This document shows positions 16,609 through 26,133 of a stretch of DNA of 64,000 bases, one piece after another. Within the stretch, counting starts at the first letter, position 1. Each line of letters opens with the position of its first letter. The position numbers and the translations under genes are program-made. Source of the stretch: Candidatus Latescibacterota bacterium (GTDB lineage Bacteria; Latescibacterota; UBA2968; UBA8231); NCBI GenBank assembly GCA_965215195.1, contig CBDCDC010000001.1, forward strand, positions 64,001 to 128,000, written 5' to 3'. The notes beneath the pieces are model-generated. The model saw only the letters and a program-made list of their open reading frames with translations, was not told the DNA's origin and made no database searches.

Positions 16609-18825
16609 ATGGCCGAAACCACTCCCACGCCTCTTTTGGCCCTCTCAAACACCTACTTGGACGAGCTCGTTGAGCAGGGGGGCGACGAACTGCATCTACA
16701 GATGCTGCTGATCGAGGTCTCTTCCTACGCCTGCGACGACCAAGCCGGTCGCAACGGTCTCAAGCTGCTCAGGTGCGCCTACTACTTCGCCAAGAAGCAT
16801 CACGAGGGCCAGATCCGCAAGTCCGGCGAGCCGTTCATAGCCCACTGCGTCGAAGTGGCCCGAATTTTAGCGCAACTCCGCATGGACCACACTACGGTCG
16901 CTGCCGGGCTGTTGCACGACGTCATCGAGGACACGCCGGCGACCGATGCGGAAGTCGCCGAACAATTCGGCGAAGAGATCGCCGAACTGATTAACGGGGT
17001 TACCAAAATCGATCAGACAACCTGCGAAAGCCGCGAGGAACGCCAAGCCGAGACCTATCGCAAGTTGCTGCTCTTCGTGTTCAAGGACATCCGCGTCCTA
17101 TTCATCAAGCTGGCCGATCGCCTGCACAACATGCGCACGCTCCAATACCTAAGTCCCCAATCCCGCGAGCGCACTGCGAGCGAAACGCTCGAAGTGTACG
17201 CGCCGCTGGCCCACCGCTTTGGGATGGCGCGGATCCGCTGGGAATTGGAGGACCAAAGCCTCAAGTTCCTCGAACCCGAAATGTACCAAGAGCTGCGCAA
17301 CAAGGTGGCCATGAAGCGCCAAGAGCGCGAAGACTATATAAACGAATTTAAGGTCCTGCTCGAGGAGAGCCTGCACGCCAATGGCATTAAAGCCGAGTTT
17401 ACGAGCCGCGCCAAGAACTTCTACAGCATCTACAATAAGATGAAGGTGCGCGGCAAGCCCTTTGAGGAAATCTACGACCTGTTGGCCATGCGCATCATCA
17501 CCGGCACCATGCGCGAATGCTATGACATCTTCGGCTTGGTCCACGACATTTACACCCCCATCCCCGGACGCTTCAAAGACTATATATCGACTCCCAAGAG
17601 CAACATGTACCAGTCGCTGCACACTTCGGTGAAAGGCCCCAAAGGTCAATACGTCGAAGTGCAAATTCGCACCGAGCAGATGCACAACACGGCCGAAATG
17701 GGCATCGCCGCCCACTGGCGCTACAAATCCAACGACAAGGCTCCCAGCGACTTAAACCAACACATGCGTTGGCTGCACCGAGTCATTGACTGGCAACAGG
17801 AGGCCACCGATCCGGTCGAGTTCATGGAAAACCTGAAGACCGAGCTCGCGTCTCAGGACGAGATTTTCGTCTTCACCCCCAAAGGCGACCTACACCAGTT
17901 GCCCAAGGGGGCCACGCCAATCGACTTCGCCTTTGCCATTCACACCGACATCGGGCTGCACTGCACAACGGCCAAAGTAAACGACCAAGTCGTGCCGCTA
18001 AGCGCGACTTTGAGCAGTGGCGAAACCGTGGAGATCGTCACCACGCCGCAGCAAAAGCCCAAACTCGCTTGGCTGGATCAAGTCAAGACCGCCAAGGCCC
18101 GCCAAGCCATCCGCCGTTGGCTGCGGGAGGAGCAATACGACCACAACGTGCGCCTCGGCAAGGAGGCGCTCGACAGGGAGTTGAAGCCCTATCGGGCTGC
18201 CGACTCACCCGACCTCAATGCCGTGGCGGCGGAGTTCGGGTTCAGCGACGCCGAGCACCTGTACGCGGCCTTGGGCAACGGGGATCTGTCCATCGGCAAG
18301 ATCATCAGCAAAATAGCCCCGCCCAAGCCCAAGCGGCGCACGCTCCGACCCCAAGACCGCAGAGACATCCGCATCCAAGGCATGCAAAACCTGATGATCC
18401 GCTTCGGCAAGTGCTGTGGTCCCATCCCGGGCGACGATATTGTCGGCTTAGTCACCCGCGGCCGCGGCGTCACGGTCCATCGCACCAACTGCCCCAACAT
18501 CGGCCGGATTTCCTCCGAGCCAGACCGCCTGCTCGCGGTTGAGTGGGAGCTGGGGGACGAACCGGCCTTTACCGTTCTGCTGCGCACCCGTAGTTGGGAT
18601 CGCACGTACTTGCTCGCGGACATCTCGCGGGCGATCAGCGACGCCGGCTTCAACATCCGCGGCTCCACTACCCGCACCGATGGCGGCATCGCCGAACAGG
18701 ACTTCTTGATCGATGTCGCCGATAGCGAGCAGTTGCGCCAAGCCATAGACCAAATTGAGCGCATCGAGGGCGTTTTGGAAGTGCTGCGCGTGGATGAGCC
18801 GGCAAACGGCGACCCGCTTCCTTAG
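16609..18825 (+). CDS. rel: Bifunctional (p)ppGpp synthetase/hydrolase Rel (RelA/SpoT)
   Basis: Intact HD motif LLHDVIEDT, KLADRLHNMRTL, RFKDYI, YQSLHT, EVQIRT, TGS domain (DFAFAIHTDIG), and KCC zinc-finger/ACT region. Confidence 0.95.
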   Translation: MAETTPTPLLALSNTYLDELVEQGGDELHLQMLLIEVSSYACDDQAGRNGLKLLRCAYYFAKKHHEGQIRKSGEPFIAHCVEVARILAQLRMDHTTVAAGLLHDVIEDTPATDAEVAEQFGEEIAELINGVTKIDQTTCESREERQAETYRKLLLFVFKDIRVLFIKLADRLHNMRTLQYLSPQSRERTASETLEVYAPLAHRFGMARIRWELEDQSLKFLEPEMYQELRNKVAMKRQEREDYINEFKVLLEESLHANGIKAEFTSRAKNFYSIYNKMKVRGKPFEEIYDLLAMRIITGTMRECYDIFGLVHDIYTPIPGRFKDYISTPKSNMYQSLHTSVKGPKGQYVEVQIRTEQMHNTAEMGIAAHWRYKSNDKAPSDLNQHMRWLHRVIDWQQEATDPVEFMENLKTELASQDEIFVFTPKGDLHQLPKGATPIDFAFAIHTDIGLHCTTAKVNDQVVPLSATLSSGETVEIVTTPQQKPKLAWLDQVKTAKARQAIRRWLREEQYDHNVRLGKEALDRELKPYRAADSPDLNAVAAEFGFSDAEHLYAALGNGDLSIGKIISKIAPPKPKRRTLRPQDRRDIRIQGMQNLMIRFGKCCGPIPGDDIVGLVTRGRGVTVHRTNCPNIGRISSEPDRLLAVEWELGDEPAFTVLLRTRSWDRTYLLADISRAISDAGFNIRGSTTRTDGGIAEQDFLIDVADSEQLRQAIDQIERIEGVLEVLRVDEPANGDPLP

Positions 18826-18827
18826 TC

Positions 18828-19892
18828 GTGTCAGACCTGTTTCGTCCCAATATCGCCCGCCTGCACGGGTACGTCCCCGGAGAACAGCCCCGCGAAAAGG
18901 GCTATCTCAAGCTCAATACCAACGAAAACCCCTATCCGCCCTCCCCCTTAGTGCTGGAGCGGCTGCGCCATGCCTGCTCAGCTAATCTGCGCCTGTATCC
19001 CGACCCGGACGCTTGGGCCCTGCGCCGCAAGCTAGGCGAGGTGTTCGCCATTGCCCCCCAACAGATCATGGCCGGCAACGGCTCGGACGAGTTGCTCAAC
19101 GTCATCATCCGCAGTTTTGCCGGCGAGGGCGACAAAATCGCCTATCCCCATCCCACCTACGGCTACTACAAGCCGCTGATCGACATCCAAGGAGCCGAGG
19201 CGGTCCCGGTTGAGTTCGGCGAGGATTTCGCCTTGCCCGAGGGCTTGGCCGGGGCCGAGGCTCGCGTCACCTTTCTCGCCAATCCCAATGCTCCCTCGGG
19301 CACCCTCGTCCCCTACGACGAGGTCGCCGCGCTTTGTGCGCGGATTGCCGGCGTCTTGGTCGTGGATGAAGCGTATGTGGATTTTTCGCAGGGCGGCTGC
19401 ATTCAGCTCATCGAAGAACACCCCAACGCCATTGTGGTGCGCACCATGTCCAAGTCCTTTTCCCTCGCCGGCCTGCGCATCGGCTTTGCCTTTGCCCGGG
19501 CCGCGCTGATCGAGGGGATGTGGAAGGTCAAGGACCACTACAATCTCAATCGGCTGAGCTTGGTGGCCGCCGAGGCGGCTCTAGAAGATATAGACGCGAT
19601 GCGCGCCAACGCCGCCCGCGTCTGCGCGACGCGGGCGCACCTGTGTGCTGGGCTGCGGGGGTTGGGTTTTTACGTGTGGGATTCGCAGGCGAACTTTGTG
19701 CTCGCTAGGCTCGGCGAGCGCTGGGCCAATTGCGCCGCTGCCACGCTCTATGCCCAGCTCAAGGAGCGCCGGATCTTGGTGCGCTACTTTGCCGCGCCGC
19801 CGCGCTTGGCCAACTGCCTGCGCATCTCGGTGGGCACGGACGCCGAGATCGCCGCGTTGCTGGCGGCCCTAAAAGAGCTATCACCCGTTTAA
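18828..19892 (+). CDS. hisC: Histidinol-phosphate aminotransferase
   Basis: KLNTNENPYPPS, GNGSDE, NPNAPSG, DEAYVDF and RTMSKSFSLAGLRIG. Confidence 0.92.
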   Translation: MSDLFRPNIARLHGYVPGEQPREKGYLKLNTNENPYPPSPLVLERLRHACSANLRLYPDPDAWALRRKLGEVFAIAPQQIMAGNGSDELLNVIIRSFAGEGDKIAYPHPTYGYYKPLIDIQGAEAVPVEFGEDFALPEGLAGAEARVTFLANPNAPSGTLVPYDEVAALCARIAGVLVVDEAYVDFSQGGCIQLIEEHPNAIVVRTMSKSFSLAGLRIGFAFARAALIEGMWKVKDHYNLNRLSLVAAEAALEDIDAMRANAARVCATRAHLCAGLRGLGFYVWDSQANFVLARLGERWANCAAATLYAQLKERRILVRYFAAPPRLANCLRISVGTDAEIAALLAALKELSPV

Positions 19893-20849
19893 GCGCTCGG
19901 CAATGCGCGGGGTGCGCCCGCCGCGCTGGTGCATGCTGGCGATCATGTCCCCTAAAAAGCCGATGGAGAAGCACTGAATGCCGACGATGATCAGCAGGAT
20001 GCCCAGCATGAGCAGGGGATGGCGATTTTGGATGTTGCCGTGCTCGTAGCGCAGCAAGGCCACATAGGCGCAGATGACCGATCCGCACAGGGTGGAGCCA
20101 AGCCCCAAGCTGCCGAAGACGTGCATGGGCGTGGTCATAAAGCGCACGACAAAGGTCACGGTCAGCAGATCCAAAAACCCGTTTAGCAGCCGCTTGGCCC
20201 CGAATTTGGAATGGCCGAAGCGGCGGGGATGGTGCTGCACCGGGATCTCGCCGACTCGATAGCCCATCCAGTGGGCGACAGCGGGCAAAAACCGATACAA
20301 TTCTCCGTAGAGGTACGGCAGCGCGTCTTCGGCCACCTCGCGTCGATAGGCCTTGAGGCCGCAGTTGAAATCGCGCAGGCGCACCCCGGAGACCAGCGAG
20401 GTAATCCAGTTGAACAAGCGGGAGGGGAGGGTTTTGCTCAACGGGTCGCGGCGCTTGGCCTTCCAGCCCGAGACCAAGTCGTAATCGCGGTTTAGCTCGG
20501 CCAGCAGCCGGGGGATTTCGCCGGGATCGTCTTGCAGGTCGGCGTCCATAGTGACGATGACTTGGCCGCGCGACTGCTTGAAGCCGGCGGCGAGGGCTGC
20601 GGCCTTGCGGTAGTTGCGGCGGAAGCGCAAGGCGCACACTTGCGGATGCTGTTTGGCCAACTCGCCCAAGACCGCAAACGAGGCGTCCGTGCTCCCGTCG
20701 TCCACGAAAATGGCCTCCCAAGGCCATTCCGCATTCGCGAGGGCGCGGTCGATTTGCACCCATAGATGGGGCAGGCTTTCCTCTTCGTTAAAAACGGGAA
20801 TGACGAGGGACAGAAAAACCTCTCCCGTCGCTTCTTTCTCTTGGCCCAT
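19881..20849 (-). CDS. Glycosyltransferase family 2 (ArnC/polyprenol-phosphate glycosyltransferase-like)
   Basis: SLVIPVFNEEESL, VDDGSTD, MDADLQDDP, DFNCGLKAYRR and two C-terminal TM helices. Confidence 0.9.
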   Translation of the reverse strand: MGQEKEATGEVFLSLVIPVFNEEESLPHLWVQIDRALANAEWPWEAIFVDDGSTDASFAVLGELAKQHPQVCALRFRRNYRKAAALAAGFKQSRGQVIVTMDADLQDDPGEIPRLLAELNRDYDLVSGWKAKRRDPLSKTLPSRLFNWITSLVSGVRLRDFNCGLKAYRREVAEDALPYLYGELYRFLPAVAHWMGYRVGEIPVQHHPRRFGHSKFGAKRLLNGFLDLLTVTFVVRFMTTPMHVFGSLGLGSTLCGSVICAYVALLRYEHGNIQNRHPLLMLGILLIIVGIQCFSIGFLGDMIASMHQRGGRTPRIAERLNG

Positions 20850-20924
20850 TGGCTCCTCTCTTGCAAGCAATACCCCCACTATAAAACAATCGCCGATTGC
20901 CGCGCACAAACCGGCCCGATTCGC

Positions 20925-20954
20925 TTGACATCTGCGTCCCCCCAACGGTATATA
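20925..20954 (+). promoter_or_regulatory. Putative sigma70 promoter of mpl (probably leaderless)
   Basis: TTGACA-N18-TATATA ends 5 nt before ATG 20960. No SD sequence. Confidence 0.5.
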
Positions 20955-20959
20955 CGGAC

Positions 20960-22387
20960 ATGCCGCTTCCCTCGGGTTCCCACATTCATCTGATTGCCGC
21001 TTGCGGCACGGCCATGGGGTCTTTGGCCGGCATGCTGCGCGAGCGGGGATATCGCGTCACCGGGTCGGACAGCCGCGTCTATCCGCCGATGAGCACCATG
21101 CTCGCGGCCTTGGGAATCGACGTGCGGGCCGGCTTCTCGGCGGATCACCTCGTGCCAGCGCCGGATTTGGTCGTCATTGGCAATGCCGTCTCGCGCGGCA
21201 ACCCGGAGGCCGAGGCCGTACTCTCGCGCCGGATCCCGTACCTGTCGCTACCGGAAGTGCTGCGCGAGTTCTTCATCCGCGGCAAGCGCTCGGTGGTAGT
21301 GACCGGAACCCACGGCAAGACCACCACTACCGCGCTCATCGCCCACCTCTTCACCGCCTGTGGGCTCGACCCTTCCTTTCTCGTCGCCGGAGTGCCGCAA
21401 AACTTCGACCGCTCCTACCGGCTCGGCCAAGGCGCGCACTTCATCGTCGAAGGCGACGAATACGACAGCGCCTTCTTTGCCAAGTGGGCGAAATTTTTCT
21501 ACTACCTACCCGATGTACTAATCGTCAACAACATCGAATTTGACCACGCCGACATCTACCAAGACCTTGCCGACATCGTCAAAGCCTTCCGCCAACTCGT
21601 CAACATGGTGCCGCAAAACGGCCTGATTCTAGCCAACGGCACCGACCCCAATATCGCCGAACTCCTCCCCGCTGCGCCGGCACCGGTGGAGACCTTTGGC
21701 CTCTCAGAAGGCGCGTTTTGGCGCGCCACCAACCGCCGGGCCAGTGCCGAGGGCACGCGCTTTACCTTGTGTCGGGCAGGGCGCGCGGTGGGGGTTTTTG
21801 ACCTGCCGCTGAGCGGCGATTACAACGTCTGCAATGCGCTCGCCAGCTTGGCCGCTGGTTTCCACGCTGGCCTGACTGCCGACGACCTGCGCGCGGCCTT
21901 GGCCCGCTTTGCCGGCGTCAAGCGCCGTCAGGAGCAGCTTGGCCTCATCGACGACATTCTCCTCCTCGACGACTTCGCCCACCATCCCACTGCGGTCGCC
22001 CACACCCTAGAAGGGCTGCGCCGGTCCTATCCCGGCCGCCGGCTCGTCGCGGTTTTCGAGCCAGCCAGCGCGACCAACGCCCGCGCTATCTTTGAGAGCC
22101 GCTATGTCGAGGCATTCGCCTTGGCCGACGCTTTCGTCGCAACCGCGGTCCCCCGTCCCGAACGCGCCCGGGACGACGAACCCTTCTCGCCCGCGCGCTT
22201 AGTGGCGCGTCTTTGCGCCACCGGCAAATCGGCGCACTACTTGCCCGACACCGAATCGATGGCCGCTTTTTTAGCTGCGGAAGTTCGCCCGGGCGATTTG
22301 GTGGTTTTTATGAGCAATGGCGGTTTCGGCGGCCTGCAACAGAAGCTGTGCGCGGCACTCGCGGCCCGTGCGCCCTGTATCGACTAG
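20960..22387 (+). CDS. mpl: UDP-MurNAc:L-Ala-gamma-D-Glu-meso-DAP ligase (murein peptide ligase)
   Basis: HIHLIAACGTAMGSLA, YPPMST, TGTHGKTTTT, EGDEYDSAFF, NNIEFDHADIY and DDFAHHPTA. Confidence 0.92.
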   Translation: MPLPSGSHIHLIAACGTAMGSLAGMLRERGYRVTGSDSRVYPPMSTMLAALGIDVRAGFSADHLVPAPDLVVIGNAVSRGNPEAEAVLSRRIPYLSLPEVLREFFIRGKRSVVVTGTHGKTTTTALIAHLFTACGLDPSFLVAGVPQNFDRSYRLGQGAHFIVEGDEYDSAFFAKWAKFFYYLPDVLIVNNIEFDHADIYQDLADIVKAFRQLVNMVPQNGLILANGTDPNIAELLPAAPAPVETFGLSEGAFWRATNRRASAEGTRFTLCRAGRAVGVFDLPLSGDYNVCNALASLAAGFHAGLTADDLRAALARFAGVKRRQEQLGLIDDILLLDDFAHHPTAVAHTLEGLRRSYPGRRLVAVFEPASATNARAIFESRYVEAFALADAFVATAVPRPERARDDEPFSPARLVARLCATGKSAHYLPDTESMAAFLAAEVRPGDLVVFMSNGGFGGLQQKLCAALAARAPCID

Positions 22388-22491
22388 GTGTCAGAACTGT
22401 TGCCGGACCGACGCACTGAGCGCGGGTAAGACGCGCAGTGTGAATTCTATATTTGTATATTTTACAATATGTTATAAAAAATAAAACCCCG

Positions 22492-22507
22492 CGGTACGCA
22501 TATTGCA
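22492..22507 (+). promoter_or_regulatory. Putative sigma54 promoter
   Basis: CGGTACGCATATTGCA has GG-N10-GC spacing and is preceded by a very AT-rich tract (about 22443-22486). Confidence 0.4.
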
Positions 22508-22552
22508 TTAAACGCATGGCACTTGCCATCTCACCCCAACCTGGAGGCTGCC

Positions 22553-23227
22553 ATGCGCTCTTTTATCGCCGTTGTCTTTTTCGCCCTCGCCGCACCGCTC
22601 TCGGCCCAATCCGGCCCGGTCGTCATCTCCGAACTGATGTGGCCGGGTAGTACAGCATCTACGGCCGACGAGTGGATCGAACTCTACAACCCCAGCGACT
22701 CAGCGGTTGATCTAGCCGGCTGGACCTTGACCTACCGCAGCGGCACCGAGGACAAGGTAATGCTCGTCCTCGAAGCCGGTGCGATCCCCCCCGGACAGAC
22801 CTTTCTCATCGCCAACTATGCCGCCGATCACAAAAACTCCCTTCTCGCTGTCCAGCCGCAGCGCGTTGACGCGGCCGTTTCCCTGCCCAACACCAAGCTG
22901 CTCTTACAGCTATACGATGGCGACCCACAAGCTGGGGGCCAGCTCATCGACACAGCCGACGATGGCCGCGGGGCCCCTTTCGCCGGTGACTCGGCCAGCA
23001 AAAGCGCCATGGTGCGCATTGCCTTTGACCAGCCCGGCGACCAGCCCAAAAGTTGGGCCACGGCGACCGAACAAAGCGGCTGGGATGCGGGTGCCAGCGA
23101 GTTGGGTACGCCGGGATCCATTCCCGCGTACCTGCTCCCGGACGCGGGCGAAGCACCCGAGCGCGTCATGGGGACGAACATTCTAGCGATGCCTTGGGCT
23201 TTAGTAAAAGCGCGTCTATCCCCATAG
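22553..23227 (+). CDS. Secreted lamin-tail-domain (LTD) protein
   Basis: GGAGG RBS, signal peptide, VVISELMW...DEWIELYNP...VDLAGWTL and GTPG. Confidence 0.85.
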   Translation: MRSFIAVVFFALAAPLSAQSGPVVISELMWPGSTASTADEWIELYNPSDSAVDLAGWTLTYRSGTEDKVMLVLEAGAIPPGQTFLIANYAADHKNSLLAVQPQRVDAAVSLPNTKLLLQLYDGDPQAGGQLIDTADDGRGAPFAGDSASKSAMVRIAFDQPGDQPKSWATATEQSGWDAGASELGTPGSIPAYLLPDAGEAPERVMGTNILAMPWALVKARLSP

Positions 23228-23242
23228 CGCGGATTGCAGAAC

Positions 23243-23276
23243 AAAAGGCACCTACTTGCGGGTAGGTGCCTTTTTT
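23243..23276 (+). terminator. Intrinsic, probably bidirectional, terminator
   Basis: AAAAGGCACCTAC-TTGCGG-GTAGGTGCCTTTTTT. Confidence 0.85.
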
Positions 23277-23338
23277 ATAGCCAAAAAGAAAAAGGCCGCG
23301 GAAGCTGAGATGCGCTTCGCACGGCCTTTCTTTGCTGA

Positions 23339-23415
23339 TGGTGGGCAATCGCAGATTTGAACTGCGGACCTCCGGTATGTGAGACCGGCGCTCTAACCAA
23401 CTGAGCTAATCGCCC
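23339..23415 (-). tRNA. tRNA-Val (CAC)
   Basis: GGGCGATTAGCTCAGTTGGTTAGAGCG CCGGT CT-CAC-AT ACCGG AGGTCCGCAGTTCAAATCTGCGATTGCCCACCA. Cloverleaf with encoded CCA. Confidence 0.95.
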
Positions 23416-23453
23416 CAGAACATTTTCTAAGTTAGCCTCCAACGGCTACTGAG

Positions 23454-25646
23454 TCAATGTCCGTTGTGCTCGGCGGCAAAGTGGAATTTCGGCAGGGCTA
23501 CTTCAGTCGCCGATGGGTGGCCCTCGCGCAGGCGGTACGCTCGGTTGAGCTTCAGCCCCGGCCAGCGCTGTGTCTGATGGGTCGCCGGCCAAGTGATTTC
23601 CACGAACTCCAAGGCCACAGCGTCCCCCAGCCCGAGTTGCGGTGCGAGCGGGTTGGCTCCAAAGCTGCCGCCCGAGCCGATGAGGTGGTGGATGTCGCGG
23701 GTGCTGCCGTCCGGTCGCCGCACGCGCACGCGCACGCGGCCGCCAATAGCACCTCGGTTCGACTGCACACCTTGGGGAAACAGCCGCAGCCAGCGATGGC
23801 CGTGCCCGGGATTTTCGTAGAGCACGTTCTGGTAGAGGTCGCCTTCAAAGGCGCCGCCCATCACCTCGAAGACGTCTTGGTCCCCGTCGTTGTCGAGGTC
23901 GGCAAAGGACACGCCGTGCCCTTTCTGCACGTTGCCGAAGCCGCCGGTGGTGGTGACGTCCAAAAACCGCGTACCACCGTCGTTGCGCAACATGCGGTTG
24001 GGCGTGAGCGAGCGCAGATCGGGAATCCCGGTGCCCACGTAGCAGTCGGGGAATCCGTCATTGTCCAAGTCGCCGTAGTTGGCCCCCATGGCTAGGATGA
24101 CTCGGCCAAATCCCCCCAGCGATTCGGTGACCTCGGTGAAGGTCCCGTCGCCGTTGTTGCGGTACACGTGGGCGCGGTCGGCGGCAAATTCCTCGCCGAG
24201 GTACGCGCGCGCCATGTCGCCGAGGTCGTCCATGTTGTAACCGCCGGCAAACAGATCGAGCCAGCCGTCGTTGTCGTAGTCCCAAAACCAAGTGGGAAAG
24301 CTCTCGGCCGGCCCCGGCGCGACGACCGTCGCCGCAAAGCGCCAGCCCGCTGGTGTGTTGCCGAGGTTGCGGTAGAGGACGTTTTCTCGGTAGAACTGGG
24401 ATACGTACAGGTCGATTGAGCCGTCGTTGTCTATATCGCCCCAAGCAACTCCCTTCACAAAGCCCACGTGATCGACGCCGACCGCGGGGGCCACATCGAC
24501 AAAACGGCCATCCCCTTGGTTGCGAAACAACTGGCATGGGTGGGCCCGCTTGCCGGACTCATTGCCGACGAACAGGTCCAACCAGCCGTCGTTGTCGTAG
24601 TCGGCAAAGGCCGCTGCGTGGGTCGGGTGCAAGGAGAATAAGCCGGTGCGCCGCGTCACGTCCGCAAAGGTGCCGGTGCCGTTGTTGCGCAACAGGGAGT
24701 TGGGCATGCGGCCCTCTTCCCCCATCCAAGCCCCGCGTAAGACGAACAGATCGACATCGCCGTCGTTGTCGTAGTCGGCCTGCTCGAGGTTGATCCCCCC
24801 GATCTGCCCGGCCAGCCCAGCCGCTGTGGTGGCCTCGGCAAACGTGCCGTCGCCCTCGTTGTGAAAATAGCGCAGGGGATCGCGCAGCCCCCATGAGGAA
24901 ACCGCGATATCGAGCAGACCGTCGCCATCGAAGTCCTCGACCGCGCTGCCGCCCGCTAGGCCCACGGCCGCAACTCCAGCCGCCGGTGCCACGTCGCGGA
25001 AGCGCTGGATCCCGCCGCTGTCGCCATCGAATACGCGCGGGGGAATGCGATAGGGTTCCGGCACCCCTTCCGGGTATTCGCCCAAGGTCATGTACGCCAA
25101 GTTCAACAGCCAGCGCGTCCCCAGATCGCCTGGGCGCTTGTTCAAGTTTAGGGTGTAGTGCTCAATGGCGCGGCGGGAGCCTTCTTGCAAGCGGTGGACG
25201 CCGTCGCCGCGGATTGGCAGCAAGCAGGAATTCGTGGTGTGGTTGCGCAGGCAGTTTTCCTGCTCCCCGAGGCGCAGATAGGCAATGGCGAGCTGGTCGT
25301 GCAGCATGTAGACGAAGCCCTCGGTCGCCGGCACCTGCCCGGCTTCTACGGCCGCTAGAACGCTTTGCATCTCTTCGATGCCCGCGCGCAAATCCCCGGC
25401 CCGCACCCGCTCTTGGGCGATCCGCAGGCGCATGTTTAGCCGCTTGCCCGCGCTCATTGGTTGCCCCAGCAGGGAACTAAGGCCCTCGGCGCGGGCTTGG
25501 TTCAGATAGATGTTGGCAATGGGATCGGCCCGCTGGGCAAGGCGCGCCAGCACCGTCGCCATAAAACGCGAATCTCCGCGCTCGACGCCGGCTTCGACTT
25601 GCCCGCTGGCTGTGGCCCATAGCAGGACGGCTATAATGCTCTGCAT
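23454..25646 (-). CDS. CRTAC1/ASPIC-UnbV family secreted FG-GAP repeat protein
   Basis: Signal peptide, multiple D[YF]DNDGxxDLF repeats and a C-terminal UnbV segment (SNRGAIGGRV...GLGDA...VEITWP). Alternative GTG start at 25661. Confidence 0.88.
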   Translation of the reverse strand: MQSIIAVLLWATASGQVEAGVERGDSRFMATVLARLAQRADPIANIYLNQARAEGLSSLLGQPMSAGKRLNMRLRIAQERVRAGDLRAGIEEMQSVLAAVEAGQVPATEGFVYMLHDQLAIAYLRLGEQENCLRNHTTNSCLLPIRGDGVHRLQEGSRRAIEHYTLNLNKRPGDLGTRWLLNLAYMTLGEYPEGVPEPYRIPPRVFDGDSGGIQRFRDVAPAAGVAAVGLAGGSAVEDFDGDGLLDIAVSSWGLRDPLRYFHNEGDGTFAEATTAAGLAGQIGGINLEQADYDNDGDVDLFVLRGAWMGEEGRMPNSLLRNNGTGTFADVTRRTGLFSLHPTHAAAFADYDNDGWLDLFVGNESGKRAHPCQLFRNQGDGRFVDVAPAVGVDHVGFVKGVAWGDIDNDGSIDLYVSQFYRENVLYRNLGNTPAGWRFAATVVAPGPAESFPTWFWDYDNDGWLDLFAGGYNMDDLGDMARAYLGEEFAADRAHVYRNNGDGTFTEVTESLGGFGRVILAMGANYGDLDNDGFPDCYVGTGIPDLRSLTPNRMLRNDGGTRFLDVTTTGGFGNVQKGHGVSFADLDNDGDQDVFEVMGGAFEGDLYQNVLYENPGHGHRWLRLFPQGVQSNRGAIGGRVRVRVRRPDGSTRDIHHLIGSGGSFGANPLAPQLGLGDAVALEFVEITWPATHQTQRWPGLKLNRAYRLREGHPSATEVALPKFHFAAEHNGH

Positions 25647-25658
25647 CTTAGTACGCGA

Positions 25659-25675
25659 CACTAAGGCTTCGACGA
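25659..25675. repeat. Left copy of a 17-bp inverted repeat flanking the RND operon
   Basis: CACTAAGGCTTCGACGA is 16/17 identical to the reverse complement of 32118-32134. Confidence 0.6.
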
Positions 25676-26133
25676 CTCGACTGAGCTCAGCCGAAGAGTT
25701 TCCGCCGGGTGCGCGGGCAGCCTGCCCGCCAACCCAGAGCGATAGTAGAGCAGCAAGCGGCCAGCGTCAAACGATTCCCGCTTCTCCACGTTACGCCGGC
25801 GGCGGGGACGGACCGGCTATGCGGTCTCGCAAAGACCCCTACCCACCCAGCCGCCGCGAGACTGGTATCAACTGGCGTAAAGCGGATATTTTGCCCATTA
25901 TATCCGTTTTTAAGGGATATTAACCCAATATATCGTAGAAAATAAAAATGTCTTGTACTGCTCTTTCGCGTTGCAGTACCTAATCGGGGGAACGGATCGT
26001 GCGGTGCGCTCGGCGTCCGAGTACTCGCGTACAAATTCAAAGGGACTCACTACCAAAATGTTGACACGGTTCAATCAGTGGCCGTACCTCTGCACATGGC
26101 TTGATTTACTTCTACTCGAGCGATTGCCTTGAA

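Noticed and set aside
25687-26040. 117-aa ORF in the intergenic region before tolC
   Set aside because: No SD or motif; it runs through repeat and AT-rich promoter-like DNA.
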